A stretch of 64,000 bases of DNA, from contig JBJHCF010000010.1 of assembly GCA_050506795.1 (NCBI GenBank), positions 1-64,000 of the forward strand, read 5' to 3'. Both the position numbers and the translations under genes were made by a program. This stretch comes from Opitutia bacterium. Its GTDB lineage: Bacteria > Verrucomicrobiota > Verrucomicrobiia > Opitutales > T3Sed10-336. The notes beneath the pieces were generated by a model that saw nothing but the letters and a program-made list of their open reading frames with translations, had not been told where the DNA came from and made no database searches. Numbering within the stretch: the first letter of the stretch is position 1; the number at the start of each line of letters is the position of its first letter. This document shows, one piece after another, positions 58,156-64,000 of this stretch.

Positions 58156-59784
58156 CTATAGCCCGGCTCGCGGGTTGATGTCCTCCGGCGCGCAACAGGA
58201 CGGCAGCGGCAGCGAAGCCGGCATGATGTTGTTCCCATCGTGGTACTGGGCGGCGGTACCGGGGGACTGATCGGCGAACTGCTCGTAGAGGGGCGTCACC
58301 GCCTGGTTGATCCCGTCGGTCATGGAACGCGGCCAGATACCGACCACGATCAACAGCGTCAGCAGCACCAGTACGGGAGCCCGTTCGTGCCCCTGAATAT
58401 CGCTGATTGCGCGTCCGCGGGACACCTCGGCAAACGCCGGCGTCGGTTCGCCGAAAAAGATATTGCCGACCGCGCGCAATCCGTAAACCGCGGATATCAC
58501 CACCCCGAAAACGGCGGGAATCACCATCCATTCCTTGTACTGCCAGAGGCCGATGAAAACGGTCAACTCCCCCCAGAAGTTGGCCAGTCCCGGACCGGGA
58601 AGCCCGATACTCGCGAGCATGGCGGTGACAAAAAACGCCGCCAGCACCGGCGTTTGGCGTCCCAACCCGCCGATCTCCCGCATATCGAAAGTCTCGGTTC
58701 GCCGGTAGATACAATGCCCGAGCAGGAAGAGCAGGGCCACGGTCAAACCGTGGGCGAACATCAGAATCACCGCGCCGCCCACGCCCACCGCGGATAGGCA
58801 GGCCAGCCCGAGAAAACAGTACCCCATGTGCATGACCGAGCTGTAACCGATCATCTGCTTGAGATCGCGCTGCGCCACCGTCACAAAACCAATCACCACC
58901 ACGTTGCCGAGCGCCAGCAGGGCCAGAAAGTACATCCAGTTCTCCGCGCCCTGCGGCAGCAGGGGCGCTCCGATCTGAATCAAACCGTAGAGGCCGAACT
59001 TCTTCAGCACGCCGGCGTGCAGCATGGCGGCCGAGGTCGGCGCAGCTCCGTAACCCAGAGCCGCCCAGGTGTGCAGCGGCCAGAGTGACACCAGAATGCC
59101 GAATCCAAACAACAAGAGGGCGAAAGTGTAGGTCTGGGCAACGCTGCCGATACTCTGCCCGGCCAGGGCCGCCTGCAAACTCAGCATATCGAAGGACTCC
59201 GCCCCGCTCTGGACGTAGAGCGCGATCAGACCGAGAAGCGACAGCAAGGCGCCGAGGGTGAGGTAGATGGTCATCTTCATGGCGGCGTAATGCCGCTCCC
59301 GGCCGCCCCAGATGCCGATCATGATAAAGGTGGGGATCAGGGCCACCTCGTGGAAGAAGTAGAAAAAGAAAACATCCACCGACGCGAATACTCCCATCAG
59401 GCCACCCTGCATGATCAACAGGAGCGCCAGATACTCACGCAGCCGCGCGGCGCCGGAATGAAGCGCATAAAAACCTGCCGCGAAACCGACCACCCCGGCC
59501 AGGACAAAAAGCGGCAGGGAAATGCCGTTCAACCCGAGTTGCAGGGAAATACCGAGGAATTCCAGGCCCAGGGGCAGGTCGCTGAGGTACGCGTACCCGG
59601 TTTCCTCGTCGGGCGAGAATCCGATCCAAAGAAATATCGCCACCAGCGCCGGAAACAAAAAACCGGTCAGGGCCAGACGCCGCACCAGGGCTTCCCGCGC
59701 CGGACCGAGCAACAGCAGCGCGCCGCCGAAAACGATCGGCAGGAAAACGGTCAATTGCAGTAAAAACGAAAAGCGCTCAGCCAT
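58156..59784 (-). CDS. nuoM: NADH-quinone oxidoreductase subunit M
   Basis: WPLHTW, AGVLKKFGLYG, YSSVMHMG, NFWGE. Confidence 0.95.
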   Translation of the reverse strand: MAERFSFLLQLTVFLPIVFGGALLLLGPAREALVRRLALTGFLFPALVAIFLWIGFSPDEETGYAYLSDLPLGLEFLGISLQLGLNGISLPLFVLAGVVGFAAGFYALHSGAARLREYLALLLIMQGGLMGVFASVDVFFFYFFHEVALIPTFIMIGIWGGRERHYAAMKMTIYLTLGALLSLLGLIALYVQSGAESFDMLSLQAALAGQSIGSVAQTYTFALLLFGFGILVSLWPLHTWAALGYGAAPTSAAMLHAGVLKKFGLYGLIQIGAPLLPQGAENWMYFLALLALGNVVVIGFVTVAQRDLKQMIGYSSVMHMGYCFLGLACLSAVGVGGAVILMFAHGLTVALLFLLGHCIYRRTETFDMREIGGLGRQTPVLAAFFVTAMLASIGLPGPGLANFWGELTVFIGLWQYKEWMVIPAVFGVVISAVYGLRAVGNIFFGEPTPAFAEVSRGRAISDIQGHERAPVLVLLTLLIVVGIWPRSMTDGINQAVTPLYEQFADQSPGTAAQYHDGNNIMPASLPLPSCCAPEDINPRAGL

Positions 59785-59811
59785 AATGTGCAGGTCTCCC
59801 TCGTCGGAAAA

Positions 59812-61674
59812 TCATCGATACACCACCAGCCACAACAGCACCACCCCGGCGAAAATCCAGTACACGTACCCGTGCAGGCTTCCGGTATGGGCGGATTTCA
59901 GCCCGTGACTCACCAGGCCGATGAGACCGGCCGTCCCGCGGACGATCAGGCCGGAAATTAAAACGTGATCGATAAAATCGAGCAGCGCCGAAAACCGCTG
60001 CTGAACTTTGGTCACATACCAGTTGTAAGCCTCGTCGAACCAGAACTTCGCCGACAGGAATCTGTGAACGGCCGGCGCCCGGCGCTCAAGTTGATCCTCG
60101 CCGGCGCCAACTCCGTACAGGAACCAGGCCGCCACCAGACCACCGGCGAACACCAGCACGGAGATTCCGGCCACCAGCAGGAAATCGCCGCCGGCGGGAT
60201 GCGGAACCTCGTTCAGAATGCCGTCGAAGATCGGCGGGTGCATGAAGCCGTATCCGGCAAAAACGGAAAAGACCGCCAACACCACCAGCGGACCGGTCAT
60301 CACCCATCCGTTTTCCCTGGCGTGACCGGCGGCCTCCGTTTTGGGTTTGCCGAAGAAAGCGGTGAGCCAAAGCCGGGTCATGTAAAAGGCGGTCAGCAGG
60401 GCGCTGAATGCCAGGATGACAAATATCACCGGATTGTTGGCCAGGGCCAGGTACAGGATGGCATCCTTGCTGAAGAAACCGGCCAGCCCGGGCATTCCGA
60501 TCAAGGCCAGGAATCCGATGGTGAAGGCGGCGAAGGTAATGGGCATGCTTTTGCGCAAGCCGCCCAGACGATAGATATTCTGCTCGTGGTGGCAGGCGTG
60601 GATCACCGATCCGGCCCCGAGGAAGAGCAGCGCCTTGAAGAACCCGTGGGTCACCAGGTGAAACATGGCCGCTCCGATGCCCGCCTGGATGGCGGCGCCG
60701 CCTTCACCGTCGACAACCAGGGCTCCCAGCCCAAACGCCGCCACCATGTAGCCGAGCTGCGAAATGGTGGAATAGGCGAGGATCTTCTTGATATCGGTCT
60801 GCGCGATGGCGCAAAGCGATCCGAACACCGCGGTCAGGGTGCCGATCCAGAGAATCCAGATCATGGCCTCCGGCGGAATGAGGAAATAAATGCGGCAGAG
60901 CAGATAAATCCCGGCCGCCACCATGGTGGCGGCGTGGATCAGAGCGGACACCGGCGTCGGGCCCTCCATGGCGTCCGGGAGCCAGACGTGGAGTGGCAAC
61001 TGCCCCGATTTCCCCAGGGCGCTGCAGAAAAGGAGCAATCCGATCCCCACGTGCAGGATTTCCGGATCCGCGCCCACCAGCGCCTCCATTTCGAAGAGGT
61101 TGAGGGTGCCGAAATGCCAGTAACTCCAAATGATGCCCAGGAGGAAGCCGAAATCACCCAGGCGATTGACGATGAACGCCTTTTTCGCGGCTGCGGCCGC
61201 CGAGGGTTTGTGGTAGTAGTGGTTGATCAGCAGGAAGGAGCTCAATCCCACCAACTCCCAGAAAATGAACATCATGATCAGGTTGTTGGCGAAAACGATA
61301 CCCATCATGGAGAACATGAAGAGCGAAAGGCCGGCGAAATAACGCGCCTTGCCCGGATCGTCCTTCATGTAACCCAGGCTGAAAACGTGGATCAGGAAAC
61401 CGACCAGGGCCACGACAAAAAGCAGCAGCGCCGCGAGGTCGTTGAAATAAAACCCCATGGAGACGGTGTACTCCCCGAAGGTCATCCAGTCGTAGGAAAA
61501 CTCCTCCCGGATGTTTCCAAAAATCAGATACAACGAACCCGCCAGCACCACTCCGGCCGCCCCGACGGAGACCGCTGCGGCCAGTTCGCCCTGCCGGCGC
61601 AGAAAGGCGCCGATTAAGGTCGCCGAAAGAAATGGCACGATCAGTAGAGAGACGATCAAAACCTCGTTGCTCAT
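59812..61674 (-). CDS. nuoL: NADH-quinone oxidoreductase subunit L
   Basis: GKSGQLPLHVWLPDAMEGPTPVSALIHAATMV, LAYSTISQLGYM. Confidence 0.97.
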   Translation of the reverse strand: MSNEVLIVSLLIVPFLSATLIGAFLRRQGELAAAVSVGAAGVVLAGSLYLIFGNIREEFSYDWMTFGEYTVSMGFYFNDLAALLLFVVALVGFLIHVFSLGYMKDDPGKARYFAGLSLFMFSMMGIVFANNLIMMFIFWELVGLSSFLLINHYYHKPSAAAAAKKAFIVNRLGDFGFLLGIIWSYWHFGTLNLFEMEALVGADPEILHVGIGLLLFCSALGKSGQLPLHVWLPDAMEGPTPVSALIHAATMVAAGIYLLCRIYFLIPPEAMIWILWIGTLTAVFGSLCAIAQTDIKKILAYSTISQLGYMVAAFGLGALVVDGEGGAAIQAGIGAAMFHLVTHGFFKALLFLGAGSVIHACHHEQNIYRLGGLRKSMPITFAAFTIGFLALIGMPGLAGFFSKDAILYLALANNPVIFVILAFSALLTAFYMTRLWLTAFFGKPKTEAAGHARENGWVMTGPLVVLAVFSVFAGYGFMHPPIFDGILNEVPHPAGGDFLLVAGISVLVFAGGLVAAWFLYGVGAGEDQLERRAPAVHRFLSAKFWFDEAYNWYVTKVQQRFSALLDFIDHVLISGLIVRGTAGLIGLVSHGLKSAHTGSLHGYVYWIFAGVVLLWLVVYR

Positions 61675-61675
61675 G

Positions 61676-61981
61676 TCAGTGCTTCAATGCGTTCAGCGCC
61701 GGAAGCAGCACGGTATGACGCTTCCGAAAGAGTTCCACGATGATGGCCAGTCCCACCGCCACTTCCGCGGCGGCCACCGTGATGATGAAAAAGACGAAGA
61801 TGTTGCCGTCCATGGTGCCGTTGAACCGGGAGAACGCCACCAGGGCCAGGGTGACGGCGTTGAGCATCAACTCCAGGCACATGTACACCACCAGCGTGTT
61901 CCGCCGCAGCAACACCCCGAAAAACCCAATGGCGAACAGCAGCACACTGGTCGCCAAAAATCCTTCTACCCCGATGTTCAT
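61676..61981 (-). CDS. nuoK: NADH-quinone oxidoreductase subunit K
   Basis: [21 protein letters not shown]. Confidence 0.97.
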   Translation of the reverse strand: MNIGVEGFLATSVLLFAIGFFGVLLRRNTLVVYMCLELMLNAVTLALVAFSRFNGTMDGNIFVFFIITVAAAEVAVGLAIIVELFRKRHTVLLPALNALKH

Positions 61982-62020
61982 TGGATAATAAGCCTTCCGG
62001 CGGACTTTAGTCCCGCCCGC

Positions 62021-62566
62021 TCAGGAATGCCCTGGCGCCCCCTCGCCATGGCGGTAGCGCTTGCTGATCAGGATAACCCCGACCATGGCCACCAGCAGTA
62101 AAAACCCCGTCACCTGAAAAGGCAGCATGTAGGTTGTAAAGAGATGATGCCCATACTCAGCAGGCGCCGTTCCCACCGTCGGCGGAGTCTCGAGTGTCGG
62201 ACGCACGGGCGGCGCCGGCAGCACAATCTCCGGAGACAGAGCGATGGAGAAAACCCCCGCCAGCAGGAGGAGCAATGCGATCACGCTGGCGGTAGAGGTC
62301 ACGCGCCCGGGCGTGATGCTGGTTTTCTCCTCATGATCGAGCAGCATAATCACAAAAAGGAAAACGACCACGACCGCTCCCGCGTACACCAGCACCTGCA
62401 CCACGGCGAGAAAAAAGGCCGAGAGCATGACAAAGAGCGAGGCGATCCCCACCATGGTCACAATGAGGAACATGGCGGCGTTGATCGCGTTCCGGGTGAG
62501 CACGACCATGGCCGCGCTGAAAAGCGTCACACTCGCGAAAAAATAAAACAACACATCCACCATCAT
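62021..62566 (-). CDS. nuoJ: NADH-quinone oxidoreductase subunit J
   Basis: QVLVYAGAVVVVFLFVIML, LLLVAMVG. Confidence 0.95.
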   Translation of the reverse strand: MMVDVLFYFFASVTLFSAAMVVLTRNAINAAMFLIVTMVGIASLFVMLSAFFLAVVQVLVYAGAVVVVFLFVIMLLDHEEKTSITPGRVTSTASVIALLLLLAGVFSIALSPEIVLPAPPVRPTLETPPTVGTAPAEYGHHLFTTYMLPFQVTGFLLLVAMVGVILISKRYRHGEGAPGHS

Positions 62567-62735
62567 GGAACCTCCCAAAACAGTCGACACCCCCACAGGT
62601 TGGCAACGACAAATTTCCTTCATTTGACACCGGAGGCGGTATTCGTTTGTTTGGCGGCGCACGATGGCCAACGCGAGCGACCACACTTCCACCCCCTCCT
62701 CCCTCCTTTCGCCGGAGGACTGTCACCGGTCGTTC

Positions 62736-64000
62736 ATGGCTTCGCGCCGGCCGCACATTCTGCAGATCACCAATCACGGCATTCACGATTGGATGGTGAC
62801 CCCCGGCCTGCCGGACACAGGGGGCCAGAACCTGTTCGTCAACCAGATGACCGATTCCCTGGTGGGACTCGGTTACCGGGTCACCATCGCCAACCGCGGC
62901 GGTTACCCGCATCCCCTGACCGGCCGGAGCCGCCGGGGATTGGAGTATCGGGATCCCCATTGCCGGATCGTGATGTTGGAAGACGGCCTTCCCCGCTTCA
63001 TTCGCAAGGAGGATATGTACGCGCAAGTCCCCGAGCTGGCGGAATTCCTGCTCAAATTCCTCTCCCGGGAAAAGACCTGGCCCGACCTGATCGTGTCGCA
63101 TTACTGGGATGCCGCCGCCATTGGAGCCGCCTTCAATCGTCACCTGCGCGACAGACGCGAACATTTCTGGATCCCCCACTCCCTCGGCGCGGTGAAGAAG
63201 CGCAACATGGATCCGTCGACCTGGATCGAACTGCGCCTGGAGGAACGCATCGAAATCGAGAGCGACCTGCTGGAGGATCTTGACGGGGTGGCGGCGACCT
63301 CCAACACCATCCGCAAGTCGCTGTTCGAAGACTATGGGTGCGCCACCGATCTTTTCCTCCCGCCCTGCGTGGAAACCGGCCGCTTTTATCCGCGACAGGT
63401 CGCGGACGACGATCCGATCTGGACCTTTCTCGCCGACCACTCCGCGCTTTCCGTCGAGGAGCTGCGGCGCTCCCGCATCGTGACGGAGATCAGCCGCACC
63501 GACCGCACCAAGCGTAAAGACCTCCTGATCCGTGCCTTCGCCACGATGCTGCAGGAAATCGAGGACGCGGTGCTCGTCCTGACGGTCGACCCAAACGCCC
63601 AACCGCTTTCCGGGGAACTCGACAGTCTGGCCGAAAGCCTCAACGTCAAGCACCGTATCATCCGCTTGGGATTCGTCCGCGAGCGCCTCCCCAGCCTGTA
63701 CGCCGTCAGCCAGGTGTACTGCACTCCCTCGGTGATGGAGGGATTCGGCATGTCGGTGCAGGAAGCCGCCGCCAGCGGCGTGCCGGCCGTAACCAGCGAC
63801 CTGGTGCCCTTCGCGGTGGAATATCTCCTGGGTGACGCGGTCCGGGTGGTGGAAGGCACCGAACAAAAACCCCGCATTCGCGAGGGGGCGGGCGCCATCG
63901 TGGTGGAGGCCAACCACACCGAAGCCTTTGCCCGCGCTCTAATCCGGATTTTGGGCGACGACGAACGCCGGCAGCGCATGGGCGCCGCCGCGCGCGAGAT
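62736..64000 (+). CDS. GT4 glycosyltransferase, sucrose-phosphate-synthase/MfpsA-like (runs off window; absent from ORF track)
   Basis: Manual translation MASRRPHILQITNHG...PGLPDTGGQN..., SHYWD, PHSLG, PSVMEGFGMSVQEAAASG. Confidence 0.85.
   Translation, partial: MASRRPHILQITNHGIHDWMVTPGLPDTGGQNLFVNQMTDSLVGLGYRVTIANRGGYPHPLTGRSRRGLEYRDPHCRIVMLEDGLPRFIRKEDMYAQVPELAEFLLKFLSREKTWPDLIVSHYWDAAAIGAAFNRHLRDRREHFWIPHSLGAVKKRNMDPSTWIELRLEERIEIESDLLEDLDGVAATSNTIRKSLFEDYGCATDLFLPPCVETGRFYPRQVADDDPIWTFLADHSALSVEELRRSRIVTEISRTDRTKRKDLLIRAFATMLQEIEDAVLVLTVDPNAQPLSGELDSLAESLNVKHRIIRLGFVRERLPSLYAVSQVYCTPSVMEGFGMSVQEAAASGVPAVTSDLVPFAVEYLLGDAVRVVEGTEQKPRIREGAGAIVVEANHTEAFARALIRILGDDERRQRMGAAARE

Noticed and set aside
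56344..63917. Long opposite-strand ORFs (605, 550, 379 and 528 aa)
   Set aside because: Shadows of the nuo genes and the glycosyltransferase; no protein-like motifs.
1..64000. CRISPR array or cas genes
   Set aside because: No regularly spaced direct repeats with unique spacers; the repeats seen are dispersed REP-like units or short tandems.

Overview
GC-rich bacterial chromosome segment, most consistent with Verrucomicrobiota (Opitutae-like). This is inferred from the long-form GreA, the expanded LacI type, the prepilin/H-X9-DG gene and Ig-repeat exoproteins. The backbone is housekeeping: rsmB, greA, rpsT, rnpB, prfA, rpsA, mgtE, uppP, folC, accD, truA, ruvX, manC, tRNA-Leu(CAA), rsmE and nuoJKLMN. 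Accessory content: (i) an arabinan-type glycan locus with two GH43 genes, a 1.56-kaa Ig-repeat surface protein, a prepilin-like gene and a tandem double-LacI regulator; (ii) a rearranged, partial ebo cluster (eboC/D/E/F); (iii) a small nucleotidyltransferase TA-like pair next to an orphan pyrD 3' fragment; (iv) a decayed islet at the tRNA-Leu 3' end carrying an unannotated FGE/C-type-lectin tail that resembles a diversity-generating-retroelement variable region with downstream hairpins; (v) a 3' remnant of a class C group II intron; (vi) many REP/MITE-like and heptamer repeats, including heptamers inside RNase P RNA helix P12. Three unrelated secreted proteins share a C-terminal motif (E-x-S-x-x-L-x(2-3)-W...F[YL]R) that may be a lineage-specific sorting domain. 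No CRISPR array was seen. All calls come from reading the sequence and motifs; no database searches were run.
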